Below, piece after piece: positions 14,255 through 28,499 of a stretch of DNA of 64,000 nt. Within the stretch, counting starts at the first letter, position 1; each line of letters begins with the position of its first letter. The notes below the pieces were generated by a model, which worked only from the letters and a program-made list of their open reading frames with translations, searched no databases and was not told where the DNA came from. This stretch comes from Octopus sinensis (lineage: Eukaryota). Where the stretch lies: NCBI RefSeq assembly GCF_006345805.1, contig NC_043011.1, positions 25,246,464 to 25,310,463 on the forward strand, in the 5' to 3' direction. The position numbers and the translations under genes are program-made.

Positions 14255-14320
14255 CACGCACACCAATACACACACATACATATATATATGTATATGTGTA
14301 TATATATATATATATCAGAA
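13995..14320. repeat. Large compound (TA)n/(CA)n/(TG)n microsatellite field
   Basis: Directly visible. It generates several YIYI/VCVC pseudo-ORFs. Confidence 0.95.
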
Positions 14321-14585
14321 AAAGAGGTTTATTTCTACACAAGTTGGAAATGTAGAAGTATTAGTTCGGAGTTTGAAAATATGCTTGGGTATGAAAAGAA
14401 ATGGTAGTAGTTATTTTAACCTTTTGAAATTTATTAAAACACTATTGAAAACCCCCCAAAATTTTTGAAACTTGTGCTTGTGAACAAGTTTAACAAAATT
14501 AAAAAAAAAACAAACTTGAATTTATTTTAAGACCCATTGTATTTTCAACTGCCAAACCAATCCATCTGTGTGTGTGTGTGTGTAT

Positions 14586-14618
<33 letters not shown>

Positions 14619-15213
14619 GCATATGTATACACACATACACATATATGTGGCTGTTAGTAGTTTATACATCTGAAAAGAAGCACGCTCTAAAATATTAGAG
14701 TAGTCATTTTTAGAAGGTTTTTTTTTTTATGGCTGGTCAGAGAGTGACCACTGGTCACTCTCTGACTGGCTATAACAAACAGCTTTCTATATACACACAC
14801 AGACACACACCATATTTTCTGGCATGTAAGGCACGCTTATTGTCCCCCAAAGTCCCCCTGTGTCTTATATGCTGAAGGTCGGGCTTTGAGTAGAGTTGGT
14901 TAGTGTTATTAGTGATGGACAGTACTGGTGACGATGAAGGTCAGTGGTGATATTTGCTAGTGTTAAAGTAAGTATTGAAACTTAGCCTACCATAATAGTT
15001 TACCAGAGAGCGTTAGTCTAAATTTTTATGGTTCCTATACAAGAAAATGTGTGAGATTTTCAGCTTGAGGATTTGGGGTTTGCTGCAGTTTCTTTCTCAT
15101 AGTTTAGGCCTGTTAAAATTGGGAAGTGCCTTATATGCCTGAAAATACAGCATATATATAAATAAAAACATATATGTATGTGCACGCACACACACACATG
15201 CACACCCATTATA

Positions 15214-15244
<31 letters not shown>

Positions 15245-15286
15245 TGGCATCCTTTCTGTCTCGGGAGACAATGGAGTTGCGCATTT

Positions 15287-15322
<36 letters not shown>

Positions 15323-15635
15323 ATGTACATGGAAGACTTTTCTTTAAAATATTAATTACATACTTTTTTTTTTCCATCTGTTTTATGTCAGATGTTTAAG
15401 TTTTTAAAATATATAAACAATATTTTTCAAGGTTGTTACTTCTACTGCAATTTGCTCTGATCAACATTTATTTCTTTAGAGCTTATTAAGTAAGTGTCTG
15501 TAACATACTGGGACCCATTCAATCAACTATATACCTCTTCTACTAAATTTATGACCCTGTGCCAATGTAAAAAAAAAAAATAATAATTTTTACTTCTGTT
15601 ATCATCATCATGATCATGATGATCATTATTATTAA

Positions 15636-16343
15636 AGTGGTAAGCTGGCAGAATCATTAGCAAGCTGGTCAAAATGCTTCGTGGCATTTCATATGTGTTT
15701 ACGCTCTGAGTTCAAATTCCACCAAGGTCAGCTTTACTTTTCATCCTTTTGAGGTCGATATAATAAGTACTAGTTGATCACTGGGGTCAGTTGATGTAAT
15801 TGACTTGCCCCCTTCCCTTGAGCCAAAATTTGAAACCATTATTATTATTATTATTGCTACTGCTGCTGCTACAACTATTATTATTAGGACAGCAGATTGG
15901 CAGAATCAGCAAAGCATCAGACAAACTTGCCTTGCAATATTTGCTCTGGTGTGTTACTTCTCTGTTCACATCCCACCAAAATCAGCTTCTTTCTTTTTTT
16001 TTTTTGTACCTCCGGTGTTGACCAAATAATATACCAATCATTTACTGAGGTCAGTATAACTGATTGTTTCCTACCCCCAAATTTCTAACCATGTGCATAT
16101 TTTAACAATTATTATTATTATTTTTTTTGTGGTGAACCAGCTGAAATGTTAAAGAGTCAGTAAAAACTGCTTTGCAGTATTTGTTCTGAGTCTTTACATT
16201 CTGTTATCAGATCCTACCACTGTCAGCTTTGCTTCTCATCCCTGCAAGATAGATAAAATAAATACCAGTCATGTCCTGTGATAGATGCAATCAACTTATC
16301 CCCGACCCCTAAAATTACTGGCATTGTGCCGAAATTTGAAACA

Positions 16344-16381
<38 letters not shown>

Positions 16382-18350
16382 GGTGGTGAGCTGGCAGAAT
16401 CATTACTGCATCAGACAAAATGTTTGGCAGCATTTCTTCTGGCTTTACACTCTGAGTTCAAATTCCACTGAGGTTAATTTTGCCTTTCATCCTTTTCGGG
16501 GTTGATGAAATAAGTACCAGTCAAGCACTGGGATTGATATAATTGACTAGCACTCTCCCCTAAAATTTCAGGCTTTGTGCCTATAGTAGAAAGGATTATT
16601 ATTATTATCAAATGCGGCAAGCTGGTAGATTTGTTAGTGTGCTGGACGAAATGCTTAGCTGTATTTTGCCCATCACTTTGTACTGAGTTCAAATTCCACC
16701 AAGGTCGACTTTGTCTTTCATCCGTTTGGGGTTGATAAATTAAGTACCAGTGAAATACTGGGGTCGATGCAATCGACTAGTCCACTTCCCACAAATCTGA
16801 GGCCTTGTGTCTGCAGTAGAAAATATTATTATTATTATTATATAAGGTGGCAAGCTGGCAGAATTGTTAGCATTCCGGGCAAAATGCTTAGCAGCATTTT
16901 GTCTGTCTGAATATTTTATTTATTTTCACATTCTGGGTTCAAATGCCACCGGGGTTGACTTTGCCTGTGCTCCTTTCAAGGATCAATAAAATAAGTACCA
17001 GTTGAGCACTGAGGTCGATGTAAGTGACTGGCCCTCTCCCCTGAAATTGCTGGTCTTGTGCCAATATTTCAAACCATCATCATCATCAATATTATGTCAT
17101 GGTTGACTTTACTTTCATCCATTTGGGGTTAATAAAATAATAAGTGCTAGTTGATCATTGGGGTTGATGAAATCAACTTGTTCCTCCCCGCAAATTTCAG
17201 GCCTTGTTGGCTATAAGTAGAAAGGATTATTATTATTATTAAGTTTGGCTTTTGCCTTGTGTTTGTACAAGTTGACTCTAAGTTTCACCCAGAGACCTCA
17301 AGAGACAATAAGTTAGAAGTTTAAGTTGGTGTTATGACTAGGGTGCCATATATTTGGTTTTGCACAGAGTATTGTTCTAGAGAATGTCTGTCAAAACATA
17401 AGTCAATTAGAAGTTAGTTTTAATAGTAATTTCATTATAAGATGACAGTGAAAAGTGTCTGCTGTTATGTACATTTAAAAGTATTTTAACGCTGTTTACA
17501 GATTAAAATACTTTTGGGATTACATAGACAATATTTTCTTCCATTTTTGGATTTCCTGGTACCTGAGCTAGGCAGCAATTAGCCCCATATGCTTTCATTC
17601 CTAGGGCACCTATGACAACAGGTATTGTTTTGGTCTTGAGGTTCCACATTTTGCCAATTTCTATTTCAAGATCTTTACACTTGCTCAGTTTTTGATTTGT
17701 CTTGACAGATACATTTATGTCAATTGGGACAGTCATATCAAAGAGGAGGCATGATTTTTGTCTGAAGTCCTTCAATATAATGTCTGGCCTATTTGCATCT
17801 ATCTTTCTGTCAGTTTGAATAGTAAAGTTCCAAAGGAGTGAGATGTGGTCATTTTCAAGTACTGACGGTGGTTTGTATTCCCACCAGTTTTTATCATGGA
17901 GCAGATCCAAGTCTTTGCAAATTACCCAGTGAATATACTGAGCTGCTCTGTAGGCACAAAACGACTGCACTTGGAGACAACATGATCAGAAATGTTAGTA
18001 TGCTGGCAGAAATGTTAGTATGCCAGGCAAAATGCTTAGTGGTATTTTGTCTGTCTTTAAGTTCTGAGTTCAAATTCCACTGAGGTCAGCTTTACTTTTA
18101 TCCTTTTGGGGTCGATAAATTAAGTACCAGTTGCATACTGGGGTTGATCTAATTGATTGGCCCCCTCCTCAAATATTTCAGGCCTTGTGCCTAGAATAGA
18201 AAAGATTATTATTACTACCAAATCTAAGCCAGTAACTATTACTATAGTATGCAGTTTTGGGTTGAAATTCTACTGAAGCTGATTTTGTCTTTTGCCTTTG
18301 TAAAGGTAAATAAAATAAGTACCAGTGTTATACTGCAGCTAAGTCAATCT
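15636..18350 (+). mobile_element. Head-to-tail stack of roughly 7-8 tRNA-derived SINEs (family A) separated by (ATT)n tails
   Basis: Recurring AAGGTGG(T/C)(A/G)AGCTGGCAGAAT head, B-box GAGTTCAAATTCC and body GCCTTTCATCC..GGGGT(C/T)GATAAA..AAGTACCAGT. Copies start near 15636, 16381, 16612, 16846 and 18000, with partial copies between. Confidence 0.8.
17226..17970 (-). mobile_element. 5'-truncated R4/Dong-like non-LTR retrotransposon (restriction-like endonuclease C-terminus plus (TAA)n tail)
   Basis: ORF 17503..17970 reads IHWVICK...VLENDHISLLWNFTIQTDRKIDANRPDII...FDMTVP...KLSKCKDLEIEI..MW...IPVVIGALG, the PD-(D/E)xK RLE signature. The 3' end is TAATAATAATAA on the minus strand. Confidence 0.8.
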
Positions 18351-20560
18351 CTTCCCTATAAAAAAACCAAAAAAAAACCAGTTTTGCCAAATAAAAAAAA
18401 AAACAAAAGAAGAAAAATAATCATCATTATCATTAATATCACTTTTCAGTTTGTGTTTTATTTTTACATGTCACATCAGAATACAATTATGTTTTCCTTG
18501 GGTTCAGCCTGAACTTGTGTTATCATTTGTTTTGTTGGTTTGTTTTCTTCTTTATTTTCTGCATACATTTGTGTTTTTGAAAGTGGCATGGGTGTATGTT
18601 TTCAGAAGTTTGCTTTGCAGACACACAGTTTCGGATTCAGGGTTCAGTCCCACTGCATGGCACCTTGGGCAAGTGTCTTCTACTATGGCTTTGGACTTTG
18701 GGCTGAGTGGATTTGGTAGACAGAAACTGAAAAAAGCCTCTGGTGTATATATTTATGTGTTTGTGCCCCCATTATTGCTTGACAACTGATGTCGGTGTGT
18801 TTACATCCCTGTAACTTAGCATTTCAGCAAAAACGACTGATAGAGTAAGTATTAGGCTTACTAAGTATAAGTCCTGGGATTGATTTCTTCAACTAAAAAC
18901 CCTTTAAGGTGGTACTCCAGCATGGTTGCAATCAAATGACTGAAACAAGTAAAATAATAAATGAATACATATCGATGTATTATCATCATCATCGTTTAAT
19001 ATCTATTTTCCATGCTGGCGTAGGTTGCTTGGTTTGAAAGGAGTGGGCCAGTCAGGGAGCTGTCCAGACTCCAAATTGTCTGTTGTGGAAAGTTTTCTAC
19101 AGCTGGATGCCCTTCCTAGTACCAATCACTTTACAGAGTGTGCTAAGTGCTTTTTACATGCCACAGGTATACATGTGTGTATCTTTGTGTTTGTTTCCTT
19201 CCCTTCTACTACTTGACAACAGGTGTTAGTTTCTTTGCATCCTGAATAGCTTGGCAGTTCAGTAAAACTATTTATTTTTCCTAAAAGGGTAGTTGGGATT
19301 GAGGTATTGCTTATAGTCTGATACTTCTGTACTAGACCATAAAAAATAAATATTGGGCTTGATTTTTCAACTAAACCCTTGAATGTGGTGCCCTGGTATG
19401 GCTGTAGTCCAATGACTTAAGCATGCAAAACAAAGAAGGTAAAAAGATAAGTGCAAATATGGCAGTGTGGTAAGGGTTTTGGGTTTAGTTCCACTGTGTG
19501 GCAGGCACCTTGGGCAAGTGTCTTCTACTGTAGCTTTGGGTTGACCAAAGCCTTGTGAGTGGATTTGATAGAATGAGACTAATAAAAGCCCATCATATAT
19601 ATGTGTGTATGTGTCTGTCTTTGTCCTCTCATCACTGCTTAACTGATGTAGGTGTGTTTATATCCCTATAATTTAGCAATTCAGCAAAAGAAACCGATAG
19701 AATAAGTACCAGGCTTTAAAAAAAAAACAAGCACTGAGATTAATTCATTCAACTAAAATTCTTCGAGGCTGCCCCAGCATGGCTGTAGTCTGGTGACTGA
19801 AATGTGTAAAAAATAAAAGATAGTATTATGTGTGTGCTTGAATGAGAGGGTGATATTTAACCTTTAGTATTCAGATTATTCTGCCAAATGTAATACTTTT
19901 TCATTCAAATTTTCTTTAATTAATTATGCATTATTTTGTAGCTTTGAAATTTTGATAATGTGTTTGTATATTTTATGATGGCCTTGAAGGGTAGGTGTGA
20001 TAGGCTGGATCTGGCTGGTTAGAACATAAATCAGGTATATTAAAGTTTTTCTTTTGAGATGCTCTGTGTTTCTTTCAATTTAGGAAAATAACTTAGTTAT
20101 CATTAAGCTAGTGTTAGGAACATAAATTGTGACTGAGGCTTGGTGGAAGATTTTAATTAAAAACTTATGGAAACAAGACATTTGTACTACAGAGCCAGAG
20201 CTGGTATCGAAAGGTTTAAATGCTAAAGGATTATAGTATGAGTTTGTGGTTGGAAGGAATATAATTTAAATGTGCGTTCATTTATTTCATATCTTAATGT
20301 CTCCTTTTCTTAGCTTGCATGGGTCAGATGGACTTTATTGAGGCAGATTTTCTACAGTCATTTCCAAGCAAGGCTATATTTCCCCAAATGGGTAAGAAGT
20401 TCATGCTGGAATCATGAATGCCCCCAGGTTCAATCCTATTGCATGGCATCTTGGCCAGATATCATTTGCAGACAGAAAATGTGAAAGCCTGTCAAATGGA
20501 TTGTAATTCAAAGGTCCAGCAATGTCATACTGTGACAATGGATGTTTTGTCTGTGTGTGC

Positions 20561-20607
<47 letters not shown>

Positions 20608-20627
20608 CATATTTATTTGTGTATTAA

Positions 20628-20804
20628 GGCTACCATTGGTTTCATGTTAAGGAATACCTCAACAATTATCAAGCCTATCAGATGGAACATTTGCATTTAT
20701 CTCGATTTTGGTGTTTTAATCCAAAATGAAGTCAAACACTGATGTTCCATGAGATAGGCTTGATAATTGTTGAGGTATTTCTTAACATGAAACCAATGGT
20801 AGCC
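20628..20804. mobile_element. Fold-back MITE with ~52-62-bp TIRs, Kolobok-like (TTAA|GG...CC|TTCA)
   Basis: GGCTACCATTGGTTTCATGTTAAGGAATACCTCAACAATTATCAAGCCTATC is matched by its reverse complement at 20753-20804 with one mismatch. TTAA on the left, degenerate TTCA on the right. Confidence 0.6.
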
Positions 20805-21489
20805 TTCATAAACAGATAAAGAATCTTCATCCACCAATATGGTGTTGAACACTTGTTCAATAGTTATATATTTACATATTTATGTCGATATCATCATCGT
20901 CTAATGTCCACTTTTCCATGCTTGCATGGGACAGATGGAAGTTTTTGAAGCAAATTTTCTCTGGCTGGATGCCCTTTCTGTCACCTGTTTCCACCCTCGC
21001 CCGTTTCCAAGTAAGGTAATATTTCCCTACAGCTGGATGTGTTTTATATGGAAAACTGGAAACAAACATTGTCACTTGTATAAAAGTGATACTTGTCTAC
21101 AACCATCACATGATGTCAGCTCACACAAACAAACATACAGACACACACACACATGACAAACTTGACATAGAATGGGATTGAATCTGAAATGACATGGTTA
21201 AGAAGTAAGCTTTTTACATACACACACACATATGACAAGCTTCTTCCAGTTTCCATTTACCAAATCCACCCACAAAGCTTTGGTTGGCCCTTGCCCAAGG
21301 TGGCATACAGCAGGATTGAGCCTGAGACCACATGGTTAAGAAGTAAGCTTCTTACACACACACACATTTCTGACTCTACAGGGATTCAATGTTTTTAGCA
21401 ACTAAAGCACTGGTTAGTTATGTTGTGCACTCCATTACTTTCATTGCCCTTTTCACAACCCTTATATATTAGAATCATATTTGTGAATG

Positions 21490-21830
21490 CATATGGCTCA
21501 GTGGTTAGAGTGTTGGGCTCATAATCCTAAGGTAGTGAGTTTGATTCCCAGGCTGGGCTGTGTGTTGTGTTCTTGAGCAAGACACTTTACTTCATGTTTC
21601 TCCAGTTTACTCAACTGTAGAAATGAGTTGCAACATCACTGGTGCCAAACTGTATTGGCCTTTGCCTTTCTCTTGGACAATATCAGTGATTTGAAAAGGG
21701 GAAGCTGGTATGCATGGGTGACTGCTGGTCTTCCATAAACAACCTTGCGTGGACTTGTGCCTTGGAGGGTAACTTTCTAGGTGCAATCCTATGGTCATTC
21801 ATGACCAAAAGGTATCTTTACCCTTTTGTG
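21490..21830 (+). mobile_element. tRNA-derived SINE (family C, CTTGAGCAAGACACT core-like segment)
   Basis: A-box TGGCTCAGTGG and a degenerate B-box, then a body. A related copy lies on the minus strand at ~55900-56210. Confidence 0.65.
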
Positions 21831-22874
21831 TTCAAAATATATGCAAACCTTCATAGTTAGAATTTTGCTTCAGATATTTTTTCGTTGATGTTTATTCTGT
21901 TCACTGGCCATGGTATCCCTATCATTTCTTATATTTATTTATCTGTTTATTTCTTAGCTCACTTTGCAACCACATCATTTTGGTTTCAGTCCCACTGCGT
22001 GGTACCTTGGGCAATTATTTTCTACTATAGTCCTGGACTGACCAATGCCTTGTGAGTGAATTTGGTAGATAGAAATGTGTGGAAGCCTGTTGTGTGTGTG
22101 TGTGTGTGTGTGTATTTGTACCCCCACTACTTGACAACCAGCGTTGTTTTGTTTATGTCCCTGTAACTTAGCAGTGGAGCAAAAGAGACTGATAGAATAA
22201 GAACCAGACTTTAAAAAAAAAGTACTGGGGTTTTGTTTGATAAACCCCCTCAAGGTAGTGCCTCAGCTTGGTTGCACTCCAATGACTGAAAAACAAGTGA
22301 AAGAGAAAAAAAAAAGAACAGATGTTAGTAGGCTGATGAAAAATATAAAAAAAAAAAACACCACTAAAAAGAATAGTATCCTGTTATGTCAAAGGTGAAA
22401 TGGACCAGATTGGATTACAGGTTTATACATAAACCACTAGTGATAAATATTGTAAAACTTGGATGAATTGAATATGTCAAGATTTCAGTACCCTATTCAT
22501 TACACAATGAGTCAAAGGCTAGAAACAAGATATGTAGGTTAACATTTTCCACATAACTTAAACAGTTACATTCATTTGTCTCAAGCTTACTTCATTATAG
22601 TTGTGGTGGTGGTGATGATAAATTTAGTGGGAAGCTGATCATATAGCAAATTGCGTTTGTTGGAGTTGGAGTGTAGTTTAATGTTGAAAAACTAACAAAG
22701 CACTTGCTAATTATAAAGTGCTTCTTTCTACTCCTAAGAGTTGTAGCTATGAACGGAAGCTGTTTTTTTACCTGAGTCAGTGGGTGTTATGCTTCTTGCT
22801 ATAGGCACTCATCTCAGGATGGACAGTTATTAGAATGTGATCTATTGACTCTTTGACTTACAGTTCAACTCTCT

Positions 22875-23083
22875 CTTTCTCTTTTACTTGTTTCAGTCAT
22901 TTGACTGCGGCCATGCTGGAGCACCGCCTTTAATCGAGCAACTCGACCCCGGGACTTATTCTTTGTAAGCCCAGTACTTATTCTATTGGTCTCTTTTGCC
23001 GAACCGCTAAGTGACGGGGACATAAACACACCAGCATCGGTTGTCAAGCAATACTAGGGGGACAAACACAGACACACAAACAT

Positions 23084-23156
<73 letters not shown>

Positions 23157-23291
23157 TATGACGGGCTTCTTTCAGTTTCCGTCTACCAAATCCACTCACA
23201 AGGCTTTGGTCGGCCTGAAGCTATAGTAGAAGACACTTGCCCAAGGTACCACGTGGTTGGTAAGCAAGCTACTTACCACACAGCCACTCCT
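22875..23291 (-). mobile_element. tRNA/CORE-type SINE (family B), low-divergence copy with internal (TA)n(CA)n
   Basis: The minus strand has a GGAGTGGCTGTGTGGTAAG head and a CORE-like CCTTGGGCAAGTGTCTT segment, and retains CpGs. Further copies lie at ~18585, 19455, 21960, 23470, 26618, 33120, 42705, 61595, 62365 and 63720. Confidence 0.75.
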
Positions 23292-26200
23292 GTTTATTTG
23301 CTTGGCAAGCAAACAAGGATATATGGTAAAGGTTGTAATGTGTATATTTGTGATGAAGTTGGTTGATTACTAAAATTTTCATTTTAGTACATTTACATTA
23401 TGAATTCTGGCATTATAGGATACTTCCACTGCTCAATACATATCAGGACTTTGCCATATAATATAAAATTAAGGTGTGGCTGTGTGGTAAGAAGCTTGCT
23501 TCCCAATCACATTGTTCCAGGTTCAGTTCCACTGTGTGGTGCCTTGGGTGAGTGTCTTCTACTATAGCTTCAGGCCAACCAAAGCCTTCTGAGAGGATTT
23601 GATTGATGGAAACTGAAAGAAGCTTGTCTGTCATATATATATAAATATATGTATATACTTGTGTCTGTGTTTGCCCCACCACAGTCACCATTTGACAACT
23701 GGTGTTGGTGTGTTTATGTCCTTGTAACTTAGCTGTTTGGCAAAAGAAATTGATGGAATAATTACCAGGCTTAAAAAACAAATAAGTACTGAGGATGATT
23801 TATTTGACTAAAACTCCTTCAAGGCGGTGCCCCAGCATGGCCACAGTCTAATGACATGAACAAGTAAAAGATATATTTATATATGTAAACTTTTTATATC
23901 CTTTTCATATTTCTTGATTTGAAATTTTAATTTCTAATCCCACATCATACAGTGAGGAGATAGTTGCTTCACTTTGTATTAATGGCCATCTAGAGGGCAT
24001 TATGTGTGTGTAGGACAGAATAAGAAACATGTTAACAAAATAGAAATTCCATTTTTAATTTACACTGAAGGACTTACATTTTCTTTTTTTTTTTCCTTTT
24101 CCTCTTGACTTTTTGGGGTGAAAACACGGAGAGAGAGAGAGAGAGTCTTCCACATATGAAATTCACTTATAAGGTTGACCTGGGGCTATAGTAGAAGATA
24201 CTTGCCCAGGCAGTGGGATTGAACTCAAAATCATGTGGTTGCAAAATAAGCTTCTTAACTACACAGCTATATCTGTGATGAATTGATATGTCTTCATCAT
24301 TTAATTTGTGTTATCATTGATGTTTTATGACTTAAAGCCTAATTCTTATTCTCCCTTGAAGAAGAGAAAGAAGTACTTTTTCCTTTAGGAAAAGTTGAAT
24401 TTGAGATTTCTAGTTAACAAAATACTGGTGAATTTAACTGTTTTGCTGCTGCATTCTTCATGAAATAAAGCCATTCTGTTGAACTCATCTTTAGCTAAAT
24501 GGATTGAGCTTTCAAATGATAAATATCTTGTCCACTGACACTGAGCTCATATATATTTTTTTGCTTAAATGTTGAGGATGTAAAATAAGTTTGCATTTTA
24601 TTTGATAGCTATATCTCTTTAGCATATAAAACAAGCCATATTTGGTCAAAATATTTTACCTGTTTTTATGTTCATACCAGCTAGATCTAGCCTCTCACAC
24701 CTAGCTTACATTGTCATTCTAAAAATAAACAACTACATCATCAAAATCTCTAAGATATGAGATAATGCATGATTAATTCAAAGCAATGTGAATATATAAG
24801 CATTACATTTGACGGAGTAATCTCAATGCTAATGAGTTATGCAAAAAAATTTTTTAATTAAACATATATACACATATTTTATAGAGCTTTTAACTGTCTT
24901 TATGTAGCACAGGGATCAGTAACTTCTTGTAATGGGCCTCTTGAATTTCTTTTTTAAATGTTTGTATTTGCTCATAGCCTCTATGTGTATTGTATCATAT
25001 ATCACACGTAAAAATATCCCTACATATTGATACAGGTGTAACTCTGGTTGAGAAGTTTACCTCCAAACAATCTGATCTTTGTTTCAGTACCATTGCAAAA
25101 CACCTTGGGCAAATGTCTTCTGTTATAGCCCTGGGCTATTTAAAGCTTTGAGAGTAGATTTAGGTTGAAGGAAACTGAATGAAGCTTGTCATAGTTATGT
25201 GTGCATGTCTTGATGTTTTATGATGGCTATAAATAAGCATCATTGTTGTACAAGCCATATTGTTTGTTTCCGGTCTTCTGTGGAAAAAATGTATGATCAT
25301 GAGAAATATTACCTTGCTTGGAAACAGGTAAGGATTGGCAACAAGAAGGACATCTGACTGTAGCAAATCTGCTTCAACAAATTCCTTCCGACCCATGCAA
25401 GCAGGGAAAAGTGGATGTTAAGTGATGATCATGATGAGGATGTTTCTTGCCATTCCCATCACTGACAATTAAAATTAAAACCTTAAACAAATTGTGATGC
25501 AAAATATTCATTAAAAGCCATCAAATGCTTACAGGTTAACAAATACATTAAATTTGAAAAAGGTTTTTAGAAAAGGTTAGAGGCCAAACTACAGTGAACA
25601 CCTCAGCGTCTTACTTGTAGGCTGCAGCTTACCTGTGAACAAACCCCTGATAAGTCTAATTAAAATTATCAGAAAACAAACCAAATATCAATTTCTAGCT
25701 TATAAAGAATAGGATAATGGTTATTAATTTCTCTCTTATTTTCGCTTCTGTTGTATTCTTTCCTTTTCCTTCCATTTGTTTTTTTAAAATCAATATTGCT
25801 ATTATCGGAATATTTCCCATAGTGTTTATGTTCAATTTTATCACTTTATCACCATTATCATGGTCACCATCATAATCATCATCATTTAACATCCGTTTTT
25901 CATGCTGGCATGAGCGGGATGGTTTGACTTGAGCTGGTAAAGTCAGGGGCTGCACCAGGCTCCATTGTCTGTTCTGGCATGGTTTCTATGGCTGGATGCC
26001 CTTCCTAATGCTAACCACTCCATAGAGTGTACTAGGTGCTTTTAACGTGGCACCAGCGCCAGTATTAATTCTGCTGTGGCGGACCGGTCCTCTTGAGCAT
26101 TTTATAATTATCTATAGTTTATGTTCCCGAGCCTAAATATATAAATTGTTGACATGTGTATCTTCATTGTCATCATCATCATCATTTAATGTTCATGTTC

Positions 26201-28499
26201 CATGCTGGCGTGGGTTGGATGGCATTGACAGGATCCTCTGAGTCTATGGACTGCTTCAGCATGGTTCCTATGGCTGGACATTCTTCCTAACGATGATCCC
26301 TTTATAGCTTGTACTGGGTGGTTTTTTTCATACAACCAGCAATAGTGAGGTTGACATGCAGCTTGCAAGACTACAGGCCCCAAGAGGGGAAACATTATGA
26401 TAGATGAAGTGTAAAGAGAGTTAAAGTATGAGAGAAAAAGACTGGAGCAGAACAGGTTTCCTGCTGTAGAGCAGCTCCATAGCTACTCACACTATATGTA
26501 ATATTAGTATGTGATATATCACACTGTGTGTGATATTACGCTAATTCAGACCTTATCTCACAATCTAAATCATAAACATTTTCATTGGTCATAAATATAT
26601 ATTTTTTTAATGTAAACAAGATGCGGCTGTGTGGTAAGAAGCTTGTTTCCCAACTACATAGTTCCCAGTTCAGTCCCACTGTGTGGCACCTTGGGCAAGT
26701 GTTTCTACTATAGCCTCAGGCCGACCAAAGTCTTACGAGTGGATTTGGCAGATGGAAACTGAAAGAAACCTGTCATATATGTGTGTGTGTGTGTATTGTC
26801 CCCTACCAATGGTGTTGGTGTGTTTATGTGCCCATAACTTAGTAGTTTGGCAAAACAGATGGATAGAATAAGTACCAGGCTTCAAAAAAAAAATAAGTAC
26901 TGGGATCAGTTCATTCGACTAAAAATTCTTCAAGGGCGTGCCCCAGCATGGCTGCACTCTCAGGACTGAAACAAGTAAAAGATTAAAGACAAAAGTGTAG
27001 ATGAGATGAATAAGAGAGAGAGAGAGAGAGAGAGAGAAAGAAAAAGAAATGAAAATGATAGCTACAGCTCAGTTTATATGTTCACTGTATTATATGATAT
27101 ACAGTAGGTATCGTTGCAATGCCTTTTAATGTATACAGTGGTTTGTAAGGTCATGAGTATTATATGAAAATGAAGTCAGGAGCTCTTAGAACCTGGTAAT
27201 TGAAATCTCCTAGGTAGTTTGGTTTTTTTTTTATTTAATACCATTGTATCAGAGGGTTCACTTTGAAATAATAGTAAACATATATCTAAAAACACTTCAA
27301 ACTGGATTGCATAATTCCTCATTGCATATTGAGTACCCAGTTGAAATGGTACTGTTTCTTTCAGCTTTACATTGGTAATTTTTAACATTAGTGTATAGTT
27401 GAAGTTGTGACATCAGTTTGTTGTTGAAATTGAATACAAATCATTTAAAGCTACGTTTTAGTAATATTATTCTTATTTTTATAAAACTCAACTAATTTTA
27501 ACCATTATTAGAGGTCTGGTTGATCCTGTACCTATTATCTTTACTATGTATGTACACATTCCAAGATATAGCTTTTGCTAGTTGCAGTAATGTTTAAACA
27601 GGCTGTCTTAAAGTTCTATATTTGTAATATTAAATTGATTTTATTTGATGTATCTGTCCATTCTTTTTAAAATTTATTTTGTTAACTTGTATGTTTGTAG
27701 TTATGAGGGCTGATTTTGTTCATAACTTCTAAAGATACTCAGCTGTAGAAAGCAGCTAAAACTCAAATAAGTTTTCTTGAAGCATTGTGAAATATGTTAA
27801 ATTTGCATGTATAAAAATCGGAGTAAGAAATAATATCCTTATTAATTAAATACTCGCCCTAAAGGCAGTGTGCTTGCAGAATCGTTAGTTCATCAGGCAA
27901 AATACTTCACAGCATTTTGTCCAGCTTTATGTTCTGAGTTCAAATTCTGTTGCAGTCAAGTTTGCCTTATCCTTTCAGGGTCAATAAAATAAGTACCAGT
28001 TGAGCACTGGGGTTGATGTAATTGGCTTACCCCTTCCCCACAAATTGGTGGCCTTGTGCCAAACTTTGAAATCAATTAATTGCTCACCTCTCTGCCACCA
28101 GCTCCACTATTCAGTTGTTGAATGTTTCACAAGAAAAAAATAGTGTGTGGATTCTATTGCTGTAACCATATCCCTCAGTGAATACTACTAGTTATTGTCT
28201 CTCAACTTAGAAAGGAATACAGGAAAATACAGCTGACAAAACTTTAACAGAACTTTGATTTACCATTCATCAGAAAATTAATTTGACCATCCAATGGTGA
28301 GCAATCAGGCATTTTGTATAAAGATGCTTAAATGAAAGTTTGACATCAACATTTTCATTGCTAGTTATTCATTCATTGATTTACATCAATCTTCACTGAT
28401 CTTTTAAATTTTCCATGACTCATTCATTCTGAAGTAAGTAGAAGACAGAATATTTGAATAATGTTACCATTCTCATTGATTTGTAGCATTGATTGATGA

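Noticed and set aside
13585-15399. Numerous YIYI/VCVC/HTHT ORFs (also at 2.0, 4.6, 20.4, 23.0, 40.0 and 43.0 kb)
   Set aside because: Translations of dinucleotide microsatellites.
21490-21560. Possible tRNA gene (also 56130-56210 and 60172-60239)
   Set aside because: A/B-box-like heads run into repeat bodies, with no complete cloverleaf or acceptor stem. These are SINE heads.
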